64,000 nucleotides of DNA, taken from assembly GCA_027451945.1 (NCBI GenBank), contig DAIDHT010000034.1, forward strand, positions 812 to 64,811, read 5' to 3'. This document shows, piece after piece, positions 53,933 to 63,886 of the stretch. The notes under the pieces are model-generated. The model saw only the letters and a list, made by a program, of their open reading frames with translations. It did not search any database and was not told the DNA's origin. This DNA comes from Spirochaetales bacterium. GTDB lineage: Bacteria; Spirochaetota; Spirochaetia; JABEVK01. The translations under genes were made by a program, and so were the position numbers. Position 1 is the first letter of the stretch; each line of letters opens with the position of its first letter.

Positions 53933-55108
53933 TTACAGGCAGTTTTCGATGATGCGTACCAGAAGAACGCCTTCGATGGCCTTCAGTTCATCCTTGAGGT
54001 CCGCGGGCAGAGCACCCGACAGGTCGATGATGTTGTAGGCGACTTCGCCCTTGTTGCGGTTGAGCATGTCGTCGATGTTGAGCTTGTGCTTGGCCAACAC
54101 GGCGGTAATCTGACCCACCATGTTCGGGACGTTCTTGTTGGCAATGGTCAGGCGGGTCTTGCCCGTCGGTGCCATTTCGGCGGCGGGAAAGTTCACGCTG
54201 TTCTTAATGTTGCCCCGTTCCAGGTAATCGCGGATTTCGTCGGCGGCCATGACAGCGCAGTTGTCCTCTGCTTCGGGGGTCGAAGCGCCCAGGTGGGGAA
54301 TACAGATGATGCCTTCCACGCCCAAAAGCTCTTCTTCGGGCAGGTCGGTGATATACCCACCCAAGCGGCCCGACGCCAGCTCGGCCTTTATGGCGGCATT
54401 GTCGACCAGGCCGGAGCGGCTCAGGTTGATGATGCGAGCCCCTTTCTTGGTACGAGCCAGGCGTTCTTTGTTGAACAGACCCTTGGTTTCGGGGGTCAAG
54501 GGAACGTGAATGGTGATGTAATCGGATTCAGCGACCAGAGCGTCCAGGCTAGCGGCTTTGCGAACGTTGGTGTTGAGCTTCCAAGCGGCTTCGATGCTCA
54601 GGTAGGGGTCGTAGCCAATGACGGTCATGCCTAAGGCAACGGCGGCGTTGGCCGTCAGGACACCCACGGCACCCAGGCCGATGACACCCAGGGTCTTGCC
54701 CTGAATTTCGGGGCCGACAAACTGGGCCTTGCCCTTTTCGACCAGCTCGGGAACTTCGTCACCCTTGCCTTTGAGGGCCTGTGTCCAGGCTAGACCCTGA
54801 ACAATCTTGCGGCTAGAGAGCAACATGGCGGCAAGCACCAGCTCTTTGACGGCGTTGGCGTTGGCGCCGGGGGTGTTGAATACCACGATGCCCTTTTCGG
54901 TGCATTTGGCGATCGGAATGTTGTTGGTGCCGGCGCCGGCGCGGGCGATGGCCATCAGGCTGGCGGGCAAGTCGAGGTTGTGCATGTCCTGACTGCGGAC
55001 CAGGATGGCGTCGGGGTTGACGATTTCGCTGGCGGTCTCGTAGTTATCGCGGGGCAAGCGGTCTAAGCCGCAGGCGGCAATCTTATTTAACGTTTGAATC
55101 TTATACAT
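53933..55108 (-). CDS. serA: D-3-phosphoglycerate dehydrogenase with ACT domain
   Basis: ARAGAGTNNI, NTPGANANAVKE, GVIGLGAVG, PHLGASTPEA, NKNVPNM; start ATG 55108. Confidence 0.95.
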   Translation of the reverse strand: MYKIQTLNKIAACGLDRLPRDNYETASEIVNPDAILVRSQDMHNLDLPASLMAIARAGAGTNNIPIAKCTEKGIVVFNTPGANANAVKELVLAAMLLSSRKIVQGLAWTQALKGKGDEVPELVEKGKAQFVGPEIQGKTLGVIGLGAVGVLTANAAVALGMTVIGYDPYLSIEAAWKLNTNVRKAASLDALVAESDYITIHVPLTPETKGLFNKERLARTKKGARIINLSRSGLVDNAAIKAELASGRLGGYITDLPEEELLGVEGIICIPHLGASTPEAEDNCAVMAADEIRDYLERGNIKNSVNFPAAEMAPTGKTRLTIANKNVPNMVGQITAVLAKHKLNIDDMLNRNKGEVAYNIIDLSGALPADLKDELKAIEGVLLVRIIENCL

Positions 55109-55121
55109 GGGGTACTCCTTG

Positions 55122-56213
55122 TTAGGCGTTGTTCTTCTCAAAGGCTTTCAGGAAATCGACCAGCTTTTTTACGCCGTCGACGGGCATAGCGTTGTAGATA
55201 CTGGCACGCATTCCGCCCACGGAACGGTGTCCGGCGAGGTTCACCAGGCCCACGGCTTCGGACTCTTTCACAAACTTCTTGTTCATGGCTTCGCCGGCTT
55301 CGGCCTCGGTGATGCGGGTCAAGAACGGCACGTTCATCAGTGAGCGGTCTTTTTTCTCGACGGGGCTGTAAAAGAACTTGGACTGATCCAGGTAGTCGTA
55401 CAGGATCTTGGCTTTTTCAGCGTTGCGAGCGAAAAGCGCCTTGGTTCCGCCGTTTTCTTTGATCCACTCAAGAACCAGGCCAACGATATAAATCGAGTAG
55501 CACGGCGGGGTATTGAACATCGAGCCACTGTCGGCATGAACTTTAAAGTCGAGCATCGCAGGGAGCCCGGCGGGAATGCGGTCCATAAAATCTTTGCGGA
55601 CGATAGTCAGGTTGACGCCGGCAGGTCCCAAGTTCTTTTGGGCACCAGCAAAAACCAGGGCGAACTTGTTGATGTCCAACGGTTCAGAAAGAATGCCTGA
55701 AGAAATATCGGCAATTAAAGGAACCTTGACGTCGGGCAGGGTGTGGTACTGGGTACCTTCGATGGTGTTGTTGTAGCAGATATAAAAGTAGTCAGCCTCG
55801 GGGTCGGTGCCCGTGATGGGGGGCAGATAAGACCACTTCTTGTCCTTTGAAGAACCGACAACGTTGGCCTTGCCCAGCTTGGCGGCCTCTTCGACAGCCT
55901 TTTGGCTCCAGGCACCGGTTTGAACAAAATCAGCCTTTTTGTTCTTAGTCATGAAGTTGAGGGGAATCATGTGGAACTGGAGACTGGCTCCGCCTTGAAG
56001 GAACAGCACATGGTAGTCGTCGCTGACCCCCAAAATTTCGCGGGTTAGGTCTTCGGTCTTTTTAATGATGCTTTCGTACTGTTTGGAGCGGTGACTCATC
56101 TCCATTACCGACTGGCCAGAGCCGTTCCAATCGAGCATCTCTTCGGCGGCCTTCTTGAGGACGGGCTCGGGCAGCATGGACGGCCCGGCGGAAAAGTTAA
56201 AAACGCGTGCCAT
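55122..56213 (-). CDS. serC: Phosphoserine aminotransferase
   Basis: NFSAGPS, EMSHRS, LQGGASLQF, AGAQKNLGPAG, NTPP, GHRSVGGMRASIYNA; GGAGGT SD before ATG 56213. Confidence 0.96.
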   Translation of the reverse strand: MARVFNFSAGPSMLPEPVLKKAAEEMLDWNGSGQSVMEMSHRSKQYESIIKKTEDLTREILGVSDDYHVLFLQGGASLQFHMIPLNFMTKNKKADFVQTGAWSQKAVEEAAKLGKANVVGSSKDKKWSYLPPITGTDPEADYFYICYNNTIEGTQYHTLPDVKVPLIADISSGILSEPLDINKFALVFAGAQKNLGPAGVNLTIVRKDFMDRIPAGLPAMLDFKVHADSGSMFNTPPCYSIYIVGLVLEWIKENGGTKALFARNAEKAKILYDYLDQSKFFYSPVEKKDRSLMNVPFLTRITEAEAGEAMNKKFVKESEAVGLVNLAGHRSVGGMRASIYNAMPVDGVKKLVDFLKAFEKNNA

Positions 56214-56265
56214 GATCAGCACCTCCTGAAAGCGAGTATACGGACCCGAAGGCTCCCCGTCGAGC

Positions 56266-56289
56266 AACCTGTTAAATTTTTAACAGGTT
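56266..56289. promoter_or_regulatory. Palindromic operator candidate between serC and hom
   Basis: AACCTGTTAAA-TT-TTTAACAGGTT, a perfect 11-bp inverted repeat. Confidence 0.6.
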
Positions 56290-56309
56290 AACAACACTCC
56301 TTGAGCTCG

Positions 56310-56338
56310 TTTACAAAAGGCGTTCTTTCTTCTATGGT
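56310..56338 (+). promoter_or_regulatory. Sigma70-type promoter of hom-rlmB
   Basis: TTTACA, 17 nt, TATGGT. Confidence 0.5.
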
Positions 56339-56355
56339 TCGTCCAGGGGGCGATC

Positions 56356-57627
56356 ATGTCGAAACTTGTCGTGGCGTTAGCGGGTTTGGGGACCATTGGC
56401 ACAGGTCTGGCCCGGCTTTTGGCCGAAAATTCTGCGGCACAAGAACGGTTGGTGCTAAAATCCGTTCTAGTTCGTGACGCCAGTAAACCTCGTCCGTTCC
56501 TACCGGCTTCGGCGCGGCTGGTGACCAACCTCGAAGACGTGATTGGTGATCCCGAAATTGATATTGTGGTCGAATTGTGGGGAGGCGTGGATGCCGCGCT
56601 ACTGTTGTGCCGAAGCGCTTTGGCGGCGGGCAAGCACGTAGTTACTGCCAATAAAAACCTCCTCGCTGAAAAGGGTCCCGAATTGTTTGCCCTGGCCCGC
56701 GAAAAAGGGGTGACTATCGGGTTCGAAGCCAGCGTTTGTGCCGGTATTCCCATTATTCGTGTCTTGCGCGAGGCCCTTCGTGCCGAGCGCATCCTTTCGG
56801 TAGAAGGCATTGTAAATGGCACGACAAATTATATCCTTACCCGCATGAGCGAAGCGCACGTCTCGTATGACGAAGCCTTGAAAGAAGCTCAGGAGAAGGG
56901 CTACGCCGAACCAGACCCCACCTATGACGTTACTGGTAAGGACGCCGCCTGCAAGGCCGGAATCTTGGCCAGTCTGGCTTTTGGCAGCTTTGTCGATACC
57001 CAGCGTATTCCCACCAGCGGTATTTCGACTCTTGATGCCGAAGACGTGCGTCAGGCTGAAGCGATGGGGTACCGTATCAAGCTGATCGCGGCGGGCAGAC
57101 GCACCGCCTCGGGGGCCTTGGATGTTGAGGTAGCTCCCGTGTTGTTGCCTCATGATCACCCGTTGGCTTCGGTTCGCCTTGAGTACAACGCCGTCTTGGT
57201 CGAAAGTCAGGGCCTGGGCCGAACCGTGTATTCTGGAAAGGGAGCGGGGCCCGCCCCCACGGCGGTGTCGCTGTTAGCCGATTTGCTTGATGCGGCCGAG
57301 GGGCGCGCCCTCCCGGCCGACGGCTCAGGCTTTACGGCTAAGCCTGCCGCTCTTGAACCTCCTCGTGACCAGATTGACCGCTACTATGTGCACCTGTGTG
57401 TTCCCGACAAGCCCGGGGTGCTAGCCAAGGTTGCCGGTGTTTTGGCTGCTAGTCATGTCAGCCTTGCCAGTGTGCTTCAGCCCGAGGCTGAACCGGATGC
57501 CCAAAGCTTCATCCCTTTGATTATGACCACCCACCGGGCCCGCCGCGAAAACCTTGATGCGGCCCTTACGGAACTAAAAAAAGAAAACTGGGGCAAGCAG
57601 GTCGTCCTACGGATTCAGGACCGCTAA
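56356..57627 (+). CDS. hom: Homoserine dehydrogenase with ACT domain
   Basis: GLGTIG, VVTANK, FEASVCAGIP, GIVNGTTNYIL, GYAEPDP, GKGAG, DKPGVLA. Confidence 0.95.
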   Translation: MSKLVVALAGLGTIGTGLARLLAENSAAQERLVLKSVLVRDASKPRPFLPASARLVTNLEDVIGDPEIDIVVELWGGVDAALLLCRSALAAGKHVVTANKNLLAEKGPELFALAREKGVTIGFEASVCAGIPIIRVLREALRAERILSVEGIVNGTTNYILTRMSEAHVSYDEALKEAQEKGYAEPDPTYDVTGKDAACKAGILASLAFGSFVDTQRIPTSGISTLDAEDVRQAEAMGYRIKLIAAGRRTASGALDVEVAPVLLPHDHPLASVRLEYNAVLVESQGLGRTVYSGKGAGPAPTAVSLLADLLDAAEGRALPADGSGFTAKPAALEPPRDQIDRYYVHLCVPDKPGVLAKVAGVLAASHVSLASVLQPEAEPDAQSFIPLIMTTHRARRENLDAALTELKKENWGKQVVLRIQDR

Positions 57628-57628
57628 C

Positions 57629-58345
57629 ATGGCCGAAACCCTTTTAAACTTTCACGGAATCGAAGAGACCCTTAAAGAGCCGCCCGCCGGAGCCGCCTTG
57701 TACCTCGGTAAGCGTCATGCCCGGACCGAAGCTTTGGCCGAGCTGGCACGAAAAGGCAAGGTAGCCGTTCAGGTTTTGCCCGAAGAAGAGTTTCGGCGTC
57801 GCTTTGGTCCAGACGCGCGTGGGGCGGCGCTGGTGTTGCCCGAGGGGCGAAAGACCCGCGAAACCACCTTAGAGAGTGTTTTGTCCAGTGTTGGCGAAAA
57901 GGCCCTGGTGGTGTTGTTGGATGGGGTCACCGACCCGCAGAACTACGGGGCGATTTTGCGCAGTGCCGACCAGTTTGGGGCCGACTTGGTGGTGCTGCCG
58001 GCTCGACGATCGGCTTCGGACACGCCGGCCGTGTATGCCGCCAGCGCCGGAGCGGCTGCCTGGGTTCCGCATGCCATTGTTCCTAACTTGGCGCGAGCCT
58101 TGGAACAGCTCAAACAGGCAGGTTTTTGGGTGTACGGTGCCGATATGAACGGGGTGAAAGCCCCACAGGCGGGAATGACCGGAAAAGTAGCGCTAGTGCT
58201 GGGTGCCGAGGGCAAGGGGTTGTCACGGCTGGTTCGCGAGTTATGCGACGTGATTGTTTCGATTCCCACCCGGGGACGCCTCGACAGCTTGAATGTTTCG
58301 GTTGCCGCTGGGGTTTTAATGTACGAGGTTCGCCGCGCCGACTAG
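57629..58345 (+). CDS. rlmB: 23S rRNA G2251 2'-O-methyltransferase (SpoU family)
   Basis: LDGVTDPQNYGAILRSA, LVLGAEGKG, DSLNVSVAAG. Confidence 0.9.
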   Translation: MAETLLNFHGIEETLKEPPAGAALYLGKRHARTEALAELARKGKVAVQVLPEEEFRRRFGPDARGAALVLPEGRKTRETTLESVLSSVGEKALVVLLDGVTDPQNYGAILRSADQFGADLVVLPARRSASDTPAVYAASAGAAAWVPHAIVPNLARALEQLKQAGFWVYGADMNGVKAPQAGMTGKVALVLGAEGKGLSRLVRELCDVIVSIPTRGRLDSLNVSVAAGVLMYEVRRAD

Positions 58346-58366
58346 ACGAAACCTCGTGCCTAGTGT

Positions 58367-59173
58367 ATGTCTCCTCCACGGAGGCAGACTTTGGGTGTCA
58401 AAAAAGGACTTTTGAGTCTTTTCTTAGGAAGTATTTGCGGGCTTGGCGCTGTGGCGGCCGGCCCTGTCTTGATCTTGGATTACCACACCTTTTTAGGGAC
58501 GAAAACCTCGACCCTTGACTATAGTGATAAGGTTATGGGGGAACAGCTGGACCGCATGAAGGCGATGGGCTTTCAGTTTGTTACCCTGCCAGACGCGATC
58601 GCGGGAAAAACCGGCCCACGGCTCTCGATTGTTTTGACGATCGATGATGGAAACCACAGCATTTTCCAGGCCATGCATAAGGTGTTTGAACCTCGGTATC
58701 TGAAACCGTTTCTCTTCATCTACCCCCATGCCATCGATCGGAGCCGTTTCACCATCACTTCGGCCCGTGTTCACGAGTTAGAAAAAGAAGGCTTTTTGTT
58801 TGGGGCTCATGGCTACTACCACCTCCCGATGACCGAACATGCCTGGCGGACGAACCCTGAACAGGTTCGTCACGAGGCCCTGTGGCCAGCCGAACCGCTG
58901 ACCAAGATCTTGGGCTACCGACCAACGATGTTTGCCTACCCGTATGGGTTTGCCCCGCCGGCAGTTCAAAAGCTCGTTCTTTCGGCTGGCTACACCTGGG
59001 CGTTTGCCGCTGATGACAAGATCGTCCCGGTCGACTTTTCGGACCCGCACCTGGCGCACGGCTATGTGCCTCGAACCATTGTCTACCACTGGAACCTGCC
59101 GATCTTGATGAGGTACCTCGAGCACTACGCGGCTGAACATCCGCTGAAGCACCCGGAGCACCCCGCGAGTTAA
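58367..59173 (+). CDS. Exported polysaccharide deacetylase (NodB/CE4, IcaB/PgaB-like)
   Basis: ILDYH, LTIDDG, AHGYYH, FAYPYG; likely start is TTG 58391 after GGAGG. Confidence 0.85.
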   Translation: MSPPRRQTLGVKKGLLSLFLGSICGLGAVAAGPVLILDYHTFLGTKTSTLDYSDKVMGEQLDRMKAMGFQFVTLPDAIAGKTGPRLSIVLTIDDGNHSIFQAMHKVFEPRYLKPFLFIYPHAIDRSRFTITSARVHELEKEGFLFGAHGYYHLPMTEHAWRTNPEQVRHEALWPAEPLTKILGYRPTMFAYPYGFAPPAVQKLVLSAGYTWAFAADDKIVPVDFSDPHLAHGYVPRTIVYHWNLPILMRYLEHYAAEHPLKHPEHPAS

Positions 59174-59196
59174 CTTTACGTCCCAGAGTTAAGCGC

Positions 59197-60405
59197 TTAT
59201 TTCACCGATAACTGAAGCCAAGTCATGTCGTCCAGGCGGGGAACTCCCGCCTGGAAGGCTTCGACCGCTTCAAGGAGACGGGGGGCTACCTCGGCCCCTT
59301 GCCGCAAGCTGTCGAGCAAATGCGACAAAAGCCGCCCCTCGCCCCATTCTTCGCCGGCGGGGTTAACCTGTTCGGTTAGCCCGTCGGTATAAAACAGCAG
59401 AAAATCCCCGGGTCTAAGGTGAAAGCGGTAGAGTTGGGGCGAGAGGGCCTGATCAATCCCCAGCGGTAAGTTCATACATGGAAAGCGTAAAGGTCGGGCC
59501 CGACCGCCTCGAACGATCCAGTTGTGCCCGTGACCCATATCGGCAATAACGACCTCGTGGCGCCGCCAATCGATGATCAAAAAAACGGCGGTAAGGTACT
59601 TTTCTAGGTGAAAGGTCCTTATCAGGGCCTCGTTTAACTGCTGAATCAGCGTTTTTAAGCCCTTGCGATAATCATAGAATTCCAGAACACCCCATAGTAA
59701 GCTTGTCAGAATCGACGCGGCTGCTCCCTTGCCCGATACATCGCCAAGGGCCAGGAACAGACGCCCATCCGGCAGCTCATGGATGTGGTAAAAATCCCCA
59801 CCTAAACCTTTGGCCGATTGCGAAAAGGCCTCGGCCACCCACTTTTCGTGTTCCAGACGGGCCTGCCGGGGGACTAACCGCTCTTGAAGTTGTCCCGCCA
59901 GGGTGATGTCCTCTTGAGTAATGCGCGACAGGTACGAAAGAATATCCTTGGACGAGAAAATCCCCGCAAACTTCCCGCCGGCGGCTGTTAACAGAAAGTA
60001 AAAGATGGCGGATCGATCAATCTTCGACTGAATTTGTTCGGCGACATGAAAGAGGTTGGCGTGCTGATCGAAGGTGGGTACGGTTTCGACAATGCTCCCA
60101 ATGGCCTTTTTGTTGAGAATCTCTTGGCCAAAAGGTTTGCCTAACTGGGCGAACAGCGCCTGGCGGGTAATGATTCCTAGGGCCTGGCCGTCCACGGCAC
60201 AAACCCCGAGGGCCAACAGGTCCGTGGCCTGTTGGAACTCCCGTGCAACTTCTTCAACACGAGTATCGTCGAGAACAAAGCGGAAACTGCTAGCTACGCG
60301 AAGGAGTGAAGCCCCGTAGGCTTTGTCTGAAACGATGGTCTGAAGCACGGGCGAGGTGGTGAGGGTCGCCTTAGCTTCTGTGATTTCTAACTCTGAAGAC
60401 TCCAT
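59197..60405 (-). CDS. PP2C/SpoIIE-family phosphatase with N-terminal CBS-like pair
   Basis: LGGDFY, GDVSGKG, GHGH, YTDGLTE, DDMT; N-terminal GIITRQALF...PFGQEIL CBS-like segment. Confidence 0.88.
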   Translation of the reverse strand: MESSELEITEAKATLTTSPVLQTIVSDKAYGASLLRVASSFRFVLDDTRVEEVAREFQQATDLLALGVCAVDGQALGIITRQALFAQLGKPFGQEILNKKAIGSIVETVPTFDQHANLFHVAEQIQSKIDRSAIFYFLLTAAGGKFAGIFSSKDILSYLSRITQEDITLAGQLQERLVPRQARLEHEKWVAEAFSQSAKGLGGDFYHIHELPDGRLFLALGDVSGKGAAASILTSLLWGVLEFYDYRKGLKTLIQQLNEALIRTFHLEKYLTAVFLIIDWRRHEVVIADMGHGHNWIVRGGRARPLRFPCMNLPLGIDQALSPQLYRFHLRPGDFLLFYTDGLTEQVNPAGEEWGEGRLLSHLLDSLRQGAEVAPRLLEAVEAFQAGVPRLDDMTWLQLSVK

Positions 60406-60498
60406 CTTAGACTCCTTGCGGCAAGCCTAAAAGGGCCGTGTTAAACTTTGATGAGTTTGGTGCAAATTCGGCAGGCGCGCCCCGTGTTGTTGCCCTGT

Positions 60499-61473
60499 TT
60501 AGGGCATGGCCTGGCCGCGGGCTGTTTCGAAAAGCAGGTACCACTCTTCGCGCGAAAGTGTCAGGTTGACACTCTCGGCGCACGCTGCCAGCCTATCGCC
60601 TCTTGTCGTTCCCAAAACCGGGACAATCTGGGCAGGGTGACGCAAAAGCCAAGCCAAAGCCACCGCTTCGGGAGCTACCCCGTGGTCAGCCGCTAACCTG
60701 GTGACAAGTTCAGCCGTGGCCCGGTGACGGGGGTCAGAAGCCTGGGTGTTGGTGACGCCGCCGCGAGCCAAGGGGCTCCAAGCCTGGAGCGAAACCCCCT
60801 TAAGACCACAGTATTCGAGAAGGCCTTCCCAGCCGTTGGGGTACCTTGCGGGGAACTGGTTGAACGAGATGCCCGCCTCGGCAAAACCGTGGTGCAACAA
60901 ACTCATCTCTACTTGGTTTGCGACCAGGGGCTGGTTTAAAAAACTTTGCAGGTAAGCGACATGATCACGGCTTTGGTTACTGACGCCAAAGTAACGGACC
61001 TTTCCCGAGGAACGGAGGGTTTCGAACGCTTCGGCGATTTCTTCACCCTCGGCAAGGACATCAGGTCGGTGCAAAAGCAGAATATCGAGATGATCGGTAT
61101 TGAGGCGCTTGAGGCTGGCTTCGGCACTGCGCAGAATATGCTCTTTGCTAAAGTCAAAGCGCTGAGGCGTACCGGGTGGGTCATCCTTCCAGCGAATTCC
61201 GCATTTCGTTTGTAGAACCATGCGCTCCCTCAGCGAGGGCGTTTCGTGCAAGATGCGGCCAAAGACCGCTTCGGCCCTGGTACGGGTGTAGATATCTGCA
61301 TGATCGAAAAAATTGATACCCAACTCAAGGGCGGTGTTGATAAAGCTTCGCGCTTGGTCTTCGTCCTGGCTTGAAAGTTCGTAGTTTGGCTCCCAGCTTC
61401 CGCCCAAGCCCATGGCTCCGGCGCACAGGCGCGAAACAGTAAGGTCAGTATTTTTCAGTTGAAGCATTTTCAT
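60499..61473 (-). CDS. Aldo/keto reductase (YdhF-like)
   Basis: FDHADIY, QTKCGI, LLLHRPD, GVSN, NQVE, AWSPLARG, WLLRHP. Confidence 0.92.
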   Translation of the reverse strand: MKMLQLKNTDLTVSRLCAGAMGLGGSWEPNYELSSQDEDQARSFINTALELGINFFDHADIYTRTRAEAVFGRILHETPSLRERMVLQTKCGIRWKDDPPGTPQRFDFSKEHILRSAEASLKRLNTDHLDILLLHRPDVLAEGEEIAEAFETLRSSGKVRYFGVSNQSRDHVAYLQSFLNQPLVANQVEMSLLHHGFAEAGISFNQFPARYPNGWEGLLEYCGLKGVSLQAWSPLARGGVTNTQASDPRHRATAELVTRLAADHGVAPEAVALAWLLRHPAQIVPVLGTTRGDRLAACAESVNLTLSREEWYLLFETARGQAMP

Positions 61474-61489
61474 GAGGGGAGATCCTTCC

Positions 61490-63886
61490 TTATTTTCTGG
61501 CGCGCTTTTGGGCCTTCAACAGGGCGGTTTTGATCATATCATTAACCACAAAGGTAAAAAAGGCCGACAGCAGAACAACGGCGCCGGTGGCCAAGGGCGC
61601 TATAGCGGGGAGCCCGGGTATACCCACCGTGAGCAAAACCGCCACAAGGGCCATATCGGCTAGGGTGATCCAGAACAGCTGAGGGCTGGGGCTGGATTCC
61701 CAGAAGTGGCCGCGTTCGCGGACCATAAATACGGTGAGCAGGCCAAAATAGAACAGGATGGCAAACGAATACGAGTTGAGAGTCGAGGCTTGCCCTGGGG
61801 TACCCGCCGACAAGTGAAAAAAGCTCATTCCCACCCACAAAATTGCTAAGGATTCTAGAACGACCAGACCTCCGATGACTGCCGAGGTACGAACCAGGGC
61901 GCTGATATCCCAGGTGTCGGGCTGTGGGGACCACCTAGCCCTGTCGGTCGAGATGGACAGCGTGACAAAGTCGATCATAAACAGGAGTAACACGACATCA
62001 AAGGCCGAAACCACAAACTGGTGCGTCAGCAAGAAGGCCGCGACAACAAAGACGACGATCTGAAAGGTTTTTACAACTTTATTGAAGATCCACGTCAGAA
62101 TGCGCTGGTAGATCATGCGTCCCACTTTGACCAAGTCGACGATGTTGGCCAGGCCATCTCCGGTAAGAACGGCGCTGGCGGCACCCTTGGCGACATCGGT
62201 CGCGCTGGCGACCGCAATACCCACTTCTGCCTGCTTGAGCGAGGGGGCGTCATTCAACCCATCGCCCGTCATGCCGACGATGTGACCTTTCTTTTGAAGC
62301 GATTCCACGATATTAAATTTGTCTTGAGGATAAATTTCGGCAAAGCCGTCACTGGCATCGGCCACCCGCCCGGCTTCGAGAGGGTCTTTTTCATGAGCTT
62401 CTTCAAATACCGCCGAGGTGGTAATGGCATCCGAAAGCCCTACCTGGCGGGCGGTCTCGCGAGCGATGGGAAGGGCGTCGCCGGTGAGCATTTTAACCTT
62501 GATACCCAAGTTACGCAGTTCCGTAATCAGCTGTCCCGCGTCGGGTCGAGGGGGGTCGTACAAGGCCACAAGGCCCGCCAAAGTCAGCGTGCCGTTTTGT
62601 TTAACCGCCACCGCAAGGGTGCGGTAGCCCTTATCGGCGTACTCGTGCGCTTGTTCGGTTAACGCGGCAAGGTCCGAACCTGTTAGCTCGGCCAGCACAT
62701 TCACGGCCCCTTTATAAACCGTCAAGCTGTCGCCGTTGTTTTGAACTTCTGCTTCGGTGCGCCGTGTCTTAGGGTCAAACGGGGTAAAGCGTTGTTGTGT
62801 CCAAGCCTCGGGCTTAAGACCTTTGACCTGGGCAGCGTGTAAAAAGGCTAAGTCGATAGGGTCATGGTTGGCTTCCTGCGAGGCCAAGGCACCCCAAAGG
62901 AGTACCTGAGCTTCAGAATACCCCGCTTGAGGGATCACGCCAGCTACCGTGAGTTCATTTTTGGTGATGGTTCCGGTTTTGTCGGTACACAGCGTGTCCA
63001 TGGTAGCCGCGTCTTCGGCAGCCGAGAGTCTGGTTACCAGGACACCTCGTTTGACTAGCTCTAAAGAGCCGACGGCCATACTAATGGTGAACATGGCCGG
63101 AAGGGCGACGGGAATGGACGAAGCCATGAGGACGAGTGCCAACGAGAGCACATTCCAAAGGTTGATACCCAGAAGCAGAGCGGCAATAAAGGCTATTGCT
63201 AAGGTGCCTCCCACGATAATCAACAACCAATTGACGACCTGGGCAATGACTTCTTCCATGTGGAGTTTGGGCTTGGCGGTTTGCACGAGCTCGGTGGTTT
63301 TGCCAAAGAAGGTTTTCGTGCCGGTTAGCTCCACCTGAGTGGTGGCCTCGCCGGATTTGACAATGGACCCCGAATACAAAAGGTCGCCGGGGGCCTTGGG
63401 AACCGTGAGCGATTCGCCGGTGAGCGCGGCTTGGTCGGCCTCAAGATGACCCTCGGCAAGCTTGACATCCGCAGGAACAAAATCGCCGGCTCGAACACGA
63501 ACGACATCGCCGGGAACAAGCTCGCGGGCTGGCACCAGTTGCCACTTACCATCCCGTAGAACGCGGGCGTTGATGCGGAGCTTTTGCTTGAGGGTCTCGA
63601 CCGCTTTCGAGGCCCTTACCTCTTGCACAAAACCAAGAATGGCGTTGAGCACGAGGAGGGCTAGGATGATATAGAGGTCGAGAGTTTTTCCCAGAATAGC
63701 TGAAAGGATGACGACAGCTTCGAGCATCCAGGCGGTTAAGCCCCAGAATTTCTTTAAAAATACCAGAACAAGGTTCTTTTTCGGTTCGGGAACCTCGTTG
63801 TAGCCTTGGGTCTCGGCCCGTCGGCGGGCTTCTTCCTGGGTTAAGCCCAGGAGGGTATTTACTTCGGTGGTTTTTGCGTCTGACAT
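61490..63886 (-). CDS. P3A-type proton-efflux P-type ATPase
   Basis: LTGES, SIPVALP, CTDKTGT, KGA, DPPR, MLTGD, MTGDGLNDAPSLK, TM6 FMIDF..IS.D; ~800 aa without a heavy-metal CPx motif. Confidence 0.9.
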   Translation of the reverse strand: MSDAKTTEVNTLLGLTQEEARRRAETQGYNEVPEPKKNLVLVFLKKFWGLTAWMLEAVVILSAILGKTLDLYIILALLVLNAILGFVQEVRASKAVETLKQKLRINARVLRDGKWQLVPARELVPGDVVRVRAGDFVPADVKLAEGHLEADQAALTGESLTVPKAPGDLLYSGSIVKSGEATTQVELTGTKTFFGKTTELVQTAKPKLHMEEVIAQVVNWLLIIVGGTLAIAFIAALLLGINLWNVLSLALVLMASSIPVALPAMFTISMAVGSLELVKRGVLVTRLSAAEDAATMDTLCTDKTGTITKNELTVAGVIPQAGYSEAQVLLWGALASQEANHDPIDLAFLHAAQVKGLKPEAWTQQRFTPFDPKTRRTEAEVQNNGDSLTVYKGAVNVLAELTGSDLAALTEQAHEYADKGYRTLAVAVKQNGTLTLAGLVALYDPPRPDAGQLITELRNLGIKVKMLTGDALPIARETARQVGLSDAITTSAVFEEAHEKDPLEAGRVADASDGFAEIYPQDKFNIVESLQKKGHIVGMTGDGLNDAPSLKQAEVGIAVASATDVAKGAASAVLTGDGLANIVDLVKVGRMIYQRILTWIFNKVVKTFQIVVFVVAAFLLTHQFVVSAFDVVLLLFMIDFVTLSISTDRARWSPQPDTWDISALVRTSAVIGGLVVLESLAILWVGMSFFHLSAGTPGQASTLNSYSFAILFYFGLLTVFMVRERGHFWESSPSPQLFWITLADMALVAVLLTVGIPGLPAIAPLATGAVVLLSAFFTFVVNDMIKTALLKAQKRARK

